DNA from: Camelus ferus
Lineage: Eukaryota
Assembly (NCBI RefSeq): GCF_009834535.1
Contig: NC_045707.1
Location: 46,440,001-46,504,000 of the forward strand
Reading direction: 5' to 3'
DNA: 64,000 bases
The position numbers and the translations under genes are program-made. A model generated the notes under the pieces. The model searched no databases. It was not told the origin of the DNA and saw nothing but the letters and a program-made list of their open reading frames with translations. This document shows positions 1 through 12,724 of the stretch, in pieces. Numbering within the stretch: position 1 is the first letter of the stretch; every line of letters starts with the position of its first letter.

Positions 1-178
1 CTACAACAAAAAGGATATAAAAAACAACTATGCTAATTAATTATGCAATTTAGATAAAATGAACAAATTCCTTGAACATCAGAACAAAATTAAAACATGA
101 AGAATTAGGAAATCTAAATAGCCTTGTATCTATCAAGGAAATGGAATCCTTAATTTAAAACCTTCCATAGAGAAAATT
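1..178 (+). mobile_element. Degenerate LINE-1 ORF2 fragment
   Basis: A-rich sequence resembling L1 ORF2 (aatttagataaaatgaacaaattccttgaa...). It appears to continue after ~1012. Boundaries approximate. Confidence 0.65.
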
Positions 179-180
179 CA

Positions 181-1010
181 GTATTTTGTATATATTGTGA
201 AATGATTACCACAATGGGTCTAGTCAACATCCATCACCAACCATACAGTTACAGAATTTTTTTCTTGTGATAAGAACTTTTAAGATCTCTCTTAGCAACT
301 TTCAAGTGTGCAATGCAGTATTATTAACTATAGTCAGCATACTGTACATTACATCCACAAGATTTATTTATTTTATAACTGGAAGTTTGTACCTTTTGAC
401 CTCCTTTACCCATTTCACTCATCCCCCATCCCCTACCTCTGGCAACCACCGGTTTGTTCTCAGTATCTTTGAGCTCATTTTTTTTTTTTTTTTAAAGATT
501 TCACATATAAGTGAGGCTATATGGTATTTTTTCTTCCTCTGTCTGGCTTGTTTCACTTAGCATAATACCCTGAAGTTCCATCCAAGTCGCAAATGGCAAG
601 ATTTCCTTCCTTTTTATGGCTGAATCATATTCCTGTGCATGAGTATTACATTTTCTTTATCCATTTATGCACTGATGGACATTTAGGTTGCTTCCATGTC
701 TTAGCTGTCGTAAATAATGCTGCAATGAACATGAGGGTGCAGATAGCTTTCCAAGTTGGTGTTTTCTTGTTTTTTTGGATAAATACCCAGAAGTGGAAGT
801 GCTGATAGTTCTATTTTTAATATTTTGAGGAACTTCCATACCACTTTCCATTGTGGCTGCATCAAATTACATTCCCACCAGCAGTGCACAATGGTTCCCT
901 TTTCTCCACATTCTCACCATTTGTTGTCTCTGGTCTTTTTGGGAATAGCCATTCTACTAACAGTTGTAAGGTGATATCTCGTGGTTTTAATTTGCATTTC
1001 TGTGATGATC
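181..1010 (-). mobile_element. LINE-1 3' end (L1MA-like), antisense, nested in an older L1
   Basis: Typical antisense L1 3'UTR and ORF2-end text (tatattgtgaaatgattaccaca..., ggacatttaggttgcttccatgtcttagct, aggaacttccataccactttcca). Short - strand ORFs at 657-889 resemble the ORF2 C-terminus. Confidence 0.8.
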
Positions 1011-1011
1011 A

Positions 1012-2910
1012 GTTCTTTCTTTTCATACACAACAAACAACTAGGAAATGAAATATTTAATTACCATTTACATCATCATAAATTACTTAGGAACAAATCTA
1101 ATGAAAGATATGCAAGACGTCTACATTGAAAATTACAAATGTTGCCAAGAAAAAGTAAAGAAGACCTAAATAAAGGGAAACTATACCTTATTTGATTTGG
1201 ATATTATAATAATACTAAGTATTATTAAGATGTCAGTTTTTCCCAAACTGATCTGTAGGTTGAATGCAATCCTAATAAAAATCTCAGTTTTCCTTGTGGA
1301 AATTGGAAAGTAGATTCTAAAATTCATATGTAAGTACAAAGGACTAGAACAACCAAGGTAATCTTGAAGAACAGCAACAAAGCTAGAGGGCTCATAGTAC
1401 TAGACATAAGGATTTATTATAAGCTACAGTAATTAAAACAATGTGATATTGGCATAGGATAGATCAGTGGAACAGAATACAGTTCAGAAATAGTATATGA
1501 ACACCTGATTTAGCACAAAGCGCCACTGTCGTTCAGTAGGGAAAGGATGGTCCTTTTAACAAAGGATAGGTAATCAATTGGTTATCCTTAACCTAACCTC
1601 ATTTGATTAAAATGAACTGTAGACTCAAATGTGAAAAGTGAAAAAAGAAAAAAACAAAGGAAAAACTGCTAGGAAACAACTTGGGGAGAAAAATCTTAAG
1701 ATCTTGGGATAAGTAAAGATTTCTTAAACAGGACATTAAAAGCACTAACCATATTTGGATTTTATTAAAATTAAGGGCTTCTTTTTATAAAATGACACTG
1801 TTAAGAGAAAGAAAATGTTACCACAGACTGACAGAAGGTCAATCTGCAACACATATCTGACAAAGGATTCATATTCTGAATATATAAAGAACTTCTACAA
1901 ATAAGAGGAATCTCCTTTTGTTACTCAAAGTTTTTTAAACAGGCAAAAGATTAGGGCAGGCACTTCACAAAAAAATGATATCCAGATGGCCAGTATGCAT
2001 GAGAAAAGGTACCCTCATTAGATATCAGGAAAATGCAAATTAAATATATATGACATATTATTCTATTCCACCAGAGTAGCTAAAATATAAAAGATTAACC
2101 ATACCAAGTATTATTGCTGGTGGACATGTAATTAGTTAGAACCACTTCAGAAAACTGGCAGTTTTTACTAAAGTTAAAACATATGTATACTGTATGACTC
2201 ACTCCTGGTAATGTACTCAGAGAGAAATGAGGACATATATCAAAAACATTCAGGAATGTTCATAAAAACGTTATTCATAGTAGCTCAAAATAGAAACAAT
2301 TCAGATTCTCAAAGGAGAATGGATTAAATATATTTGTAAAATGGATGTCAGCATAACAGTAGAGAAGAACTGTGACATACAGTGACAGGGCTTAGTCATA
2401 TAGGTAACATCTTCAGTGACAACAAAAAATCCAGAAACAGCAGCGTATATGCTATGTGATTTCTTTGATATGGGTGGGTGAATGAATAGAGAGTCCTGAA
2501 TCTCCTGTTAAGTACATAAATATATACTTGTGGTAATAAAAGACAGAAGGGTGGTTTCTGTGCTAGGGGAGGCAGTGAATGAACTACACCTGTGAACAAT
2601 AACATGAATAAATCTCAGTATTGAGTGAAAGAAAAATGCCACTTGTAAAAGAATGTACACTATGATTCCATTTCTATGAAGTTCAAAAATAGGCAAAACT
2701 GAACTACAGCTTTTGAAGTAAAGTAGTTGGTTACCTTTTCAGAGGAAGGAGTGGGTAGAGATTGAAAAAGGGGAGGGAGAAGGCTGGGGGCATGTCTGGT
2801 GTGGCAGTGCTCTTGACCTGTGAGGTAATAACACCAGTGTTTGCTTTGTGGCTTTATTTTGCTTTACATTCTGGGCGTTTTTCTATAAGCGTGTTACACT
2901 TCAGTAAAGA
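1012..2910 (+). mobile_element. Old LINE-1 (L1M-type) ORF2 3' part and 3'UTR, degenerate
   Basis: L1 motifs: ttaggaacaaatctaatgaaagatatgcaagac, ctacagtaattaaaacaatgtgatattggcat, ggcacttcacaaaaaa, tatgattccatttctatgaagttcaaaaataggcaaaact. Many stop codons. Confidence 0.75.
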
Positions 2911-3617
2911 TTTAGAAAACAAATACCTAAAAGGTCTGTAGCTACTAAATGAATATCAACATTTATAAGTGTTCTTCTGTTAAAAAAAAAATCTGTTTAC
3001 AAAACTGAAAAATTACTACCTTTTTTCGTTCACTTCTTTGCATTGCACGTATATTTTTCCGTATTAGAAATTTTTCCCTTTGTGAAGTTTAAATTTTTCT
3101 TGTTCATATTTAGAAAAGCATGCTTTCAAGCTGAGATGCATCCATAATCTATCTTAGCTGTCTGATCCTTTAATTTACTACTTTGGTAGCAATTTATCAA
3201 TTGCAAACATGCTTTTAATTTTAAATTTTTGGTTCTTTTAAACACATCATATCTTCTGGGAAAATGAAGAGCTCATGATTATCAGGTGACAGGCAAACTC
3301 ATTAGTAAAATTTGACTCTCTTCCCTTTTTAGATTTTCTATTTGCAGCAATTTTGTTATTGATACCAATTTTCTGGTTTGGCATTCCTAATAGTTCTATT
3401 TGTCACGTTGAGGGTGTGAGATAGATCTGTGGTTTATTATCTTTGCAATTTTCAGTAAGCATCATATCTACTAATCTTTGCTCTTAGTATTCACTGAAAA
3501 TACTCATCTCTTAAGTAAAATTTTTTTTGGTGAGTAAAATATTCACTGTATGGCTTTGTTCAAATAGGAGATGATGTATTAACATACTTGCTCAATTTAA
3601 TGTTTCTCTTTTTCTAG

Positions 3618-3722
<105 letters not shown>

Positions 3723-5243
3723 TAATGTGTTTGTATATTTACATACCTCATGTCATTATTTTGATGTTATTGAACTTTGTTTCTGAGTATAATACACTTG
3801 GGTTTCTTTTTAAATTTGCATTTAAAAGAATTCTAAAGCTATTCATTATACTTCTAATTCATTATCCTTGTTCTTTTTTTTTTTTTTCTTTTTTTCTTTT
3901 TTTCCTGACTGAATGTTTCTTCAGAGCAGAAGGTCTCTAACACATGCCAGGTGGCTGTGTTTCCGTTGAGACTGACGGGAAGGTCAGTCATTGACTTTGG
4001 TAGCCAGGAGTGGTATGAATCCTTGCTGCTGAGACAAGGCAGTTGTGGTGATTACATAGTTTTAAGATTGTGGCTACAACTTCATGTCAAAGTTCAGGGT
4101 TTTGTAAAATCTTCTGGTGTGGAAAATGATTATTGGCAGTAGCTTGTCATTTATTATTTGTATCCAAGCACAGCTAGTGATCTTTATCATTAGCATGTTT
4201 GAGCAGAGATTTACCTACCATATTAATTTAGTGGTAGTGGCATTATATGACCTGTGTGATTCAAGGTAATAAAAAAATGTTTTCAGATTCAGCTAATTAG
4301 TTTTTAGATTCAGCATTTAGACAATATCAGTCTTTCCTGTAATGGGAATTGCCTGTAATATCAAGCAGTGATGTTTTATAATGTGCACTGGTCTTCTAGG
4401 GTGTAATTATTACCAAATTGTGAACACTTGTTTTTTTAGAACATCCAAAGGTTTCTAGACTGTGGAATTAATGTCAGCTTTACAATACTCTGTTCCAAAG
4501 TAAGAAGCCACCAAATTTCATTGTAAAATAAAATGCAACTTACTACCTCGTCTATAACCATTAATTTTGAAATATCAATTCAAGATTGGATACTATGGGA
4601 CAGATTACCTAGAACTTTGAGTGGTTTTCTGAAACTGTATTTGATTACTGGTATGATTGATCATCAGGAAATTCATGTTCAAAAAGGTGATGATCTATGA
4701 AGGCCTGAAAGTTAGTTTTATCCATATCATTTTCCCCAAAGGTGGGTAGCTTTACCTTTGTTATTAGGTACACTTTAAAAAGTTAAATTGAATAATAAAA
4801 ACTTCCCTATATTTGACTGTATTTCACCTACAAAAATGGCAGTTTGGTAAGATTCAATCTAGTATTTTCTCTATTTCTATTTTATCCCTTCTGTAAAATA
4901 AGGTGTCCTTTTGGCTTAAGGAGTCTCCTTTAGTTTTAAGATTTATGGGTTGGAGTAGAGTGGAAATGAAAGTAAAACTAGCAAAACACTTTTAACCTTT
5001 GATTAATTGACAAATAAAACTAAAATGAGTTGGTAGCCTGCAGTGCTAACAGTAATACAATTAAGACGTCACGTCATGTTTCTGTTTGTCTTTCTAGATA
5101 AACAGAATTTTATGCGTATATTATAGATAAATCTTAAAATTTAGAAATCCTTCTCTTCCAATTAAAATTATGTTCTGTGATTCATACTGTTCTTTAATAG
5201 AATATGACTATATTAAAGAATAGAAACACTTTTTCTTTTTAAG

Positions 5244-5433
5244 ACAAAATGTTCCATTTGAAGAATATACAAGGCTTCAAAAAAGACTAAAGGATATACA
5301 GAGAAGACATAATGAGTTTCGAAGTTTAATTTTGGTTCCTAACCTACCTCCAACAGCATCCATCAATCCTGTTAGCTTTCAGTCATCAACTGTGATTCCA
5401 GGCATGGAATTGTCCTTTCCTCCTCATATGCAG
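5244..5433 (+). CDS. CEP83: CEP83 penultimate coding exon
   Basis: tttaag|A CAA...ATG CAG|gtatga, 190 nt. Encodes (R)[63 protein letters not shown]. Confidence 0.95.
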
Positions 5434-6302
5434 GTATGAGCATTTATTTTAGGGTAAAAAAAGTTAGATAAATGTTTCTGTAAGTTTTTACCTGTTTAAA
5501 CAGTTTAAAAAACCTCAGTGTTTCCGAGCAGATTTCTCTGGTAAAGCAGCAGAGAGGATTTGAATCTGTTCTGTCTTTCAGGGATGGTGCTAGGAGTGAG
5601 CTCTCCTATTGGGCAGTTGAAAGGAAGAAACTTGAGTGAGAAGTCTTTGAGTGACTTGAGTTTGTAGCTCACTCATAGAATACTGATGACCACTGATGAT
5701 TTACTAACTCACTGCATTTTGCATTTTCCAGACAACATTTTATTTAATCCTAATGAAAAGTGCTTTGAGGGAAAGTATTATTATTCCCAATTTACAGATG
5801 AGGAAGCTTTGTCAGAGGTGAAGTGACTTGCCTAAGGTCATAGCTTAATAAATGACAGTTGAGTTTTATACCGAAGTCTGTCAGATTCCAAAACCTGAGT
5901 TCTTGCACTTAATCAGATCCCTGAGATATTGAGGGAGTCAAATTGATTAGATGATTTTCAGAAGATGAACTGTTAATAAGCAATTACATTTCATAATGTG
6001 AGCACTGAAGGTTTTTTACACTGAATTGAATCTCAGATAAAGTGCTTTGTTATATAATAAACTGGTGTTAAACTCTAGTCTTGTTAGAAAGTTGTTATTT
6101 AAGTACACCTGGGCTCTGCATTACTGTTACCTAATTCATTACCTGGGGAATTTTACACTTAAAGAACAGACTTTGGGTTTGGCTTAAGGATAGGGCCAGA
6201 GGCAGGAGAGGAGCAAGGACTAGTTGACAGGTTAGCCCATGCTGCTGTGTTCTTAGACTACTCAGATGGCCATCCTTTCCTTGCCAGATGTTGAAGGGCT
6301 GA

Positions 6303-6518
<216 letters not shown>

Positions 6519-6564
6519 TGTTCTTGGAGAGAAGGCAGATCAAAAGGGATGAAATCACTGACTC

Positions 6565-6788
6565 AATAAAGCTTGAAGTTTTAACGTACGTGGCATTTAC
6601 ATATTTTATTACTGTTTGCCAAAACATTTGAATGTGCCTCAAGAAAAGGTACCAGCTACATGCTGAATTGCATGAGTGTCAGAATTTGAGGGTTATACTA
6701 ATGACAAGTGAAGCATTAAAATAGCTTCAGAGATATTTAGAATATTATTGACAACCCTTGGGGAATGTAAAATAAATGAAAAAATAAA
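6565..6788 (+). terminator. CEP83: Candidate CEP83 polyadenylation signals
   Basis: AATAAA at 6565-6570, 6771-6776 and 6783-6788. The last two are followed by T/GT-rich sequence and a poly-T run at ~6837-6862. Confidence 0.6.
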
Positions 6789-7702
6789 AAGAACTAATTA
6801 GGGAATCAAGTTTTTGAAATGATTTTACTTTGTTGATTTTTTTTTTTTTTTTTTTTTTTTTTGCATTTTGCCTGAAATACACCCATGTTAAATTTTCTCC
6901 TCCTTGAGATGCTTGGCGATAACAGGGTCAGTAAATGTTTGCTGGTTCACTATATACAAGAGTTATAAACTTCTTGTTCTTGATAAAAGATGACACTTTA
7001 AAAATCATTACAGAATACTACCTTTTTAAGAAGCTGTGTGCACATAATTTATTAAAGCTCTTAATAAATATTTTTTTTGTTTTGTGTTTAATTTTATTTT
7101 AACCATACAGTGTATATTTAGCAATGTAGATGATCTGATTTTGGCTTTGTTGAGTTAGAATTAATAGAAAATAACAAAGTACAAATAATTTAAGTCCTAC
7201 AGCTCTATAAAACAAGGGCCATTTATTTTAAAACCTGAACCCAGTGGGGTCCCTTTAGAAAATATTATTGGTATTTAACTTTGCCTCCTACTGTTTTGGA
7301 TCTAACCAAATTATTATAAATGTTTTATTTCTGTGTGTCCTTAAGTATGCCATCATTTGCTTTTTTATGTAACATCTTTTAGAGGCATTCTGCTGGAATA
7401 ACTTCACGTCAAGAAGGCAAAGCTCAAGTCTGTCAGAGTAAGTAGTGTTCTTTATCCAGAAGTCTTCACTTTCAGAAGTCCAAGTTGATGGAGGCCAGGA
7501 ATGTAATTGCACAACCTTTAACTTCCTTTAGAAGAAAGTAGATTTACTTGTTACATAATATATAGCTGCTAATTTACAGAGTATATACAGTGACATCTTG
7601 CCTCTGAAAAATAATTTCCATGGAGCCACTTAGAATAAAAAAATCTATAACTAGAAAATTTGGAGGAAAAAGACGAAAACAGTCCACATTTACATCAAAA
7701 TG

Positions 7703-7708
7703 TTTATT
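7703..7708 (-). terminator. PLXNC1: Candidate PLXNC1 polyadenylation signal
   Basis: + strand tttatt is AATAAA on -, followed on - by gtggactgttttcgtctttttcc (GU/U-rich). Confidence 0.65.
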
Positions 7709-8019
7709 TTTGGATATAGACATTTAAAACATTCATCTCCAAGAACTGCTTCAATCTGGTATACAGTAAGAAATACTTTAAATCCCTAATACAGAAAAAA
7801 GTAACAGAATTAATTTTTAAATGCTGCTGTAGACACTAGTGTTAGAAAAAAAAAGTTTATAAATGGTTTTGCACCAAAAAAATATGCAAAGAAACTTGAA
7901 AATAGAATTGTTTGCCATTTGTTTCTCTGGCTGCTGTTTAATATAGACCCAGTGACTGATTGTCTTCAGCACACATCTAATTTGGCCATTTACTGCGTTT
8001 GGCTAATGTGATCTGAAAC

Positions 8020-8170
8020 ATGATATAGTGCTTTTCACTGGAGGATTGACAAACACGCTACATACATTAGTGAATCTTCACACCACCTCAGTGAGGTAGC
8101 TTAGAAATATTATACAGAAATTGAGGCACAAAGAGGTAAGTGACTTGCCCAAAGTTCCCAGCAGCACAGT
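8020..8170. mobile_element. MIR SINE within the PLXNC1 3'UTR
   Basis: MIR core: gaaattgaggcacaaagaggtaagtgacttgcccaaag. Confidence 0.7.
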
Positions 8171-10070
8171 CCCTAGAAGAGGAGGTAAGTCGCCACACAG
8201 GACTCAGGTGCCAGAGACCTGGACAGGGACACCTTCACATAGCATTTACTAAATACTTGGATAAAGCTGTAGCTAATCCTTTCAGTTCTCTTAGCATTTC
8301 TGTACCCTAAAGAAGGGAAGTCTTTGGGCAACTCTCCTATCCTTGGCCCTCAACTCTCCTGCTGTTCTCTTATGAATGCCTTCACATCAAGACTACAGCA
8401 GCCTTAGATGGGGACCAGACCTCTCACCTTTGTTACCTATTTGGTAGTATTTTTGAGGTGTGTCCATTGGACAGACAGTGGTCAAAAGCAGTGGGATTTG
8501 GAAGGTGCCTTTCAGGGCAGTAAATGCTTATTTTGTCTGATCAGGTAGTTGAGGTGTCACTTCTCACTCATTACCAGATAATGAGGAGCAAAAAGGACTA
8601 TTTATTTAAGACAAATTCACATTTAAATCCTGATATCCCATACAGTGTTGATAAATGATTTTAAGGAATGTGTGATCAAGGGTTTGTTTTGCTACTTGAA
8701 AAATTTTCTTTCCTCAATCTGGGAAATAGAGCCACAAGGAAAGTTTGAGAGTTGCCAATTACACTTATTACTTCTGGTTTTAATAGAAGGAAAACACAGT
8801 GGTATTAAAATTGGTCATGAGCAGCAAAAATTCAGGAATAAAAAAATCAGCAATAAAAAGACTACAGTATAACTAGATAGGGAATTCTTTAAAAAAAAAA
8901 AAAGGCATGAATTAAACAGGTATTTTTAAATTCTTTCCCTTCTGAGGAATACTTTCAAAAAGTACATAGTAAGACTAAGATACCAAGTTGGATACTAATA
9001 TTTTTCAGGCCGTGGGCCTCAAATATATATATTCATATATAATACTCCAGTGTGAACAACAATTTCATGAAATGTAAAATGCACTTTTTTTAATCACACA
9101 CAAGTATTTATATCCACAGGGTTCACCGGAAATCTAAAGCAAGGAGATACTGGGTAGAAATGTAGGCTCAGGGGAGTGAGCGACTCTTCCACACATAGTT
9201 CTGATTGAAGATTATAGACAGAAATAAACTAGTGATTTTTTTTTTTTTACAATAGCAAACATGTCCAGTATCAAACACATTTAGTAGGATAACTAAAATG
9301 AAAAAAAAGGAATATACTTTAAGATATACCTTAAGATGAAGTGTTTAGGTAAACTGCTGTTGGACGTAGCGAAGCCTACCCCCCGCCCCTTGCTTTAGAG
9401 CTCCTCAGTGAGATGGAGGTGAGTTTGATGGAGTACAGTTGGTGACCACTGAAAAACACGAGCCCTTTCAACAATGTTGCAACACTGTTAGTTTTTGGTT
9501 TAAAACACACACACACACACTCACAAATGCTAAGTGTACACACTACCAAATTCTGCGGTCAGCTTTTCCAAGAACTACTGGGGAAACTTTCAATGCTGCA
9601 AATCCTCGAGGTTGCCCTAACGCCCCCACCTTGTTTCCAAATGACTCATGTCATTTCACATTTTGTTTTGCTCTATTAGCAATGTCCCTTGTCTGCAGAG
9701 GTGCAGTGTAGTCACAAGTGCTACACAGCTGTAGTTTTCTAACAAAACCATTTACATCATTGTGCTTAACTGGAGACTGGTTACAATACTGACCCTTGCT
9801 TACTGGCCCTGTATTCTCTGTAAACGAGGCTGTTTGCAACAACCACTCTTGAACTCTTATTTACAGAAGGGTTCCCACAGCACACACACAGGCACAATGG
9901 TGGTTACGCTTTCTAAAAGCTGTGCATGTGCCTTGGTCTCTTAAAAAAGACAGTGCTTAAAGTGGAACCTATGTGCAAACTTAAATTAATGACACAGAGT
10001 AGCTCAAGCAGCCATTTTGCTCCCAAGTCGTCTGAAGAACTTTGCCAGATTAAGCCAGGCCCCAGAGTGC

Positions 10071-10175
10071 TTACATCCACTTGCATTTCTTCTTTTCATC
10101 AAACAAGACTTTTACATGCAAGAGTTGTTTCTGAGCTTCTTCCAGCCCTCGTTCTCTTTCTAGTTTATTTAGAAT
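10071..10175 (-). CDS. PLXNC1: Plexin C1 last coding exon (exon 31)
   Basis: aacag|ATT...ATG TAA, 105 nt. Encodes ILNKLERERGLEEAQKQLLHVKVLFDEKKKCKWM*, the PLXNC1 C-terminus. Confidence 0.96.
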   Translation of the reverse strand: MLNKLERERGLEEAQKQLLHVKVLFDEKKKCKWM

Positions 10176-11315
10176 CTGTTGACAATTAGAACAGTTATTT
10201 TAGATATTGAGGTTTTAGCATTACAATTCTGGTTTTTTGCATTCCTGATGCTGTGAGTGGTAAAATCTGTATGAAACAGATGCCAACATTTTCTTCGATC
10301 ATTTACGTACTCACTTTGCAAGTTGTTTTGCTAAGTCATTATCACAGGATCAACAACACTTTGGCTTAAAATAGAAGCTCACAAGAAATACCAACTATCT
10401 GCTTACAAATACGGGGCCAGACTTCCAAGGCCCTGTTTTATGCATTATGTCACAGCCATTCCAAGCACAGCAAGCATTCCTGAGCAGCCAACATGCAGGC
10501 AAGTTATTTCTTCTTAAATGCAGCAAGCAGGGGCATCCTGGTCAAAGGTAAGTATTTCCCGCCCCGCCCCTCCCCTTCTGGGCAGTGTAGTCCCTCCTCT
10601 CCCCTCCCCTCCCCAGTGCTTCCCTTCTAACCCCTGACCCCTGAAAGAGGGATGCTTATCATGTTTAAGGAACTCATTGCCTCTACCCTACCTTAGCGCT
10701 TCACTTGATCTTCAAGTAGCAAATGGAATTGGTGAGCTATTCTCACCATTGACATGGATAGCCTGTCCCAGCATGACTGAGTGGGGGGAATCAGGGAAGG
10801 GGGAATTAACATATATTTGGAAACAGAGCATCTGATGACTGTGTCTGTGTGAATTCCCAAAGAAAAAAACCCAGATTAAGGAGAATTAATCATAAAGGAG
10901 AATGGTTTATTGAAATAGTTGCTTAAGTTAGAAATAGGTCATACTTTAACTATTGAATACAGAATCTAGGCGATTTAACAAGCTTAGCTTTCATTTTAGC
11001 AGATAACAATTAAGCATAAGCTGGCCCCTTTTAGTAGGACCACTACTTACTCATCAAAGTTAACTGTGTCAATGTGGCTGTAGACCCCATGAACTCAGAT
11101 GTAAATGGCTGGTCCGAAGGTGGGCAGCATGATAAAACTATCAGGGGCAGCCACGTGCAGGGTCTGGCTTAGTGCCAGGGTCCCCTGTCTCAGACAGGCT
11201 TCCCTTTCTGGCCATTTGGGATGCCAGAGCTGTCCTGAGACCTACAGAATCCTTTATAACCAAATTCTGATGACTGACTCAGATTAATTTCTAAAAATGT
11301 TATTTAAAATCTTAC

Positions 11316-11390
11316 CTCATCAAAATATTTTACGATGTATTTGTAGATTTCTGTCAAGGCCACTTCTTCATTAAATTCATTTTCATGTTT
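11316..11390 (-). CDS. PLXNC1: Plexin C1 exon 30
   Basis: tttaag|AAA...GAG|gtaag, 75 nt. Encodes KHENEFNEEVALTEIYKYIVKYFDE. Confidence 0.95.
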
Positions 11391-11470
11391 CTTAAAGAAA
11401 GAAAAGCCTTATTGAGAGATTCTGAAAAGGTGGTTGTTGTTTTCAAATACTATCTACTTTCTAACAGTAC

Positions 11471-11611
11471 CTTAGATTCCTGAGTTAAGAATTCTTCCAT
11501 CTCTGAAGATGACAATGGAGGCAAGTCTTTGATTGCTTTGTAGTAAGATTTTACTTCCTCTTTGTAGGTTGGGATATCCTTGGCATAGAGAAGTTTATTA
11601 GTTGGTGCTTC
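11471..11611 (-). CDS. PLXNC1: Plexin C1 exon 29 (GAP domain, C-terminal segment)
   Basis: tttcag|GAA...AAG|gtactg, 141 nt. Encodes EAPTNKLLYAKDIPTYKEEVKSYYKAIKDLPPLSSSEMEEFLTQESK, including the plexin motif NKLLYAKDIP. Confidence 0.96.
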
Positions 11612-12265
11612 CTGAAAAAAAGCAACCACCACCAAGAGCTTTTTAAAAAACATGGAGAATTTATAACAGTACCAATGTAGCTGGCCATCACTATTATTAC
11701 CCTCCTCGTAACAAGGCTTCTTCACGCAGTAGGCCTTCATAAATGTTAACTGAATGACTGACTGCTATCCAGACACTTCTGGTGAGTCACTGTTATTTTC
11801 AGGCAGATTAAATGCTAATATATTCTGCCTTCCCCTCATAAAAGAACTAAAATTATTATTTTTGCATGATTTTGAGTTACGGTAACAATGGAACTTATTT
11901 CAGTCATAGTTCATTACTAATAGTTGTAAAAAGCCTGAATTAAAACATTCGCTCTCATCCTCACCCACCAGTGAATTCTGGCATTTATAAAAGACTTGAT
12001 TGTAGGTCTGATTGAGCCCTTTATGTAACCATGAACATGGTAAGTAATTGGCAGTGGCAGATTTTTCTCCTTGTTCCTTTTATTTTACTAGATTATAAAG
12101 CTCTTCCAGGGTCCTTGAGGAGGCGCATGGTTATTAGTATTGGTGGCTCTGATGCCTCATTTTGCAAAAGTTTCCTGGCAGCTTAAATGTTTTCATGTAA
12201 TTATAACAGTGATATTAAAAAATAAGATATATTTTTAAAAGTTATTTTTCACAAAATTAAAATTC

Positions 12266-12724
12266 TGTCAAAGGAGTAATTGATCAGTAGTGAAAGAAAT
12301 GGAAAAATTTATTCAAGCCAACCTGAGGATTACAGCCCAGGAAATAGCCTCTTGGAAAAGCTCTGAGGATTTGTTCCGAAGAGATAAGGGGAGAGGTCAG
12401 TATATATGTGATTCGGGGGAAAGGGGTACATGAAATCAAATGCACATCTTAGTAGAAGGTTACTGCTGTTTCTGGGGGAACAAATACCTTAATTAATGGT
12501 TTTAGTGCATTTCTAAGTATGAGAAGAAGCAACAAACTTAGTTCATAAAATTTTCTCTTGAAAATACCCAATTATCTGAGGGCCAGTTCTGCCAGAGCAC
12601 AAAATGCCTCATCCTGATCTTTGCCCCTGCTTCCTTTCAGGGTGTACTGCAGGTCAGCAAATGCAGTGGCTGATGACTTTACTCTTACAGAACCGGATGG
12701 TGGGTGACATTATTTTACTGTCCA
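12266..12724 (-). mobile_element. ERV1-class LTR (MER41-like), 3' LTR of a proviral remnant
   Basis: On -: TATA-like element at ~12401-12408, then AATAAA at 12308-12313, preceded by a polypurine tract at 12725-12741. The text ctgaggattacagcccagga...gctctgagga resembles MER41-type LTRs (from memory). Confidence 0.65.

Larger units (their letters stand above)
7685..10070 (-). other. PLXNC1: PLXNC1 3'UTR (distal end approximate)
   Basis: Follows the TAA at 10071-10073. AT-rich, and ends near a - strand AATAAA with a downstream GU/U-rich element. Confidence 0.7.

Noticed and set aside
6837..6862. Poly-T run as the tail of an antisense retrocopy
   Set aside because: I could not find an adjacent retrogene or SINE body or a target-site duplication. 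It fits a downstream U-rich element or simple homopolymer.
11391..11470. Very short 80-nt intron 29 as an anomaly
   Set aside because: It has canonical GT-AG ends and correct phase, and is above the usual minimum mammalian intron size.
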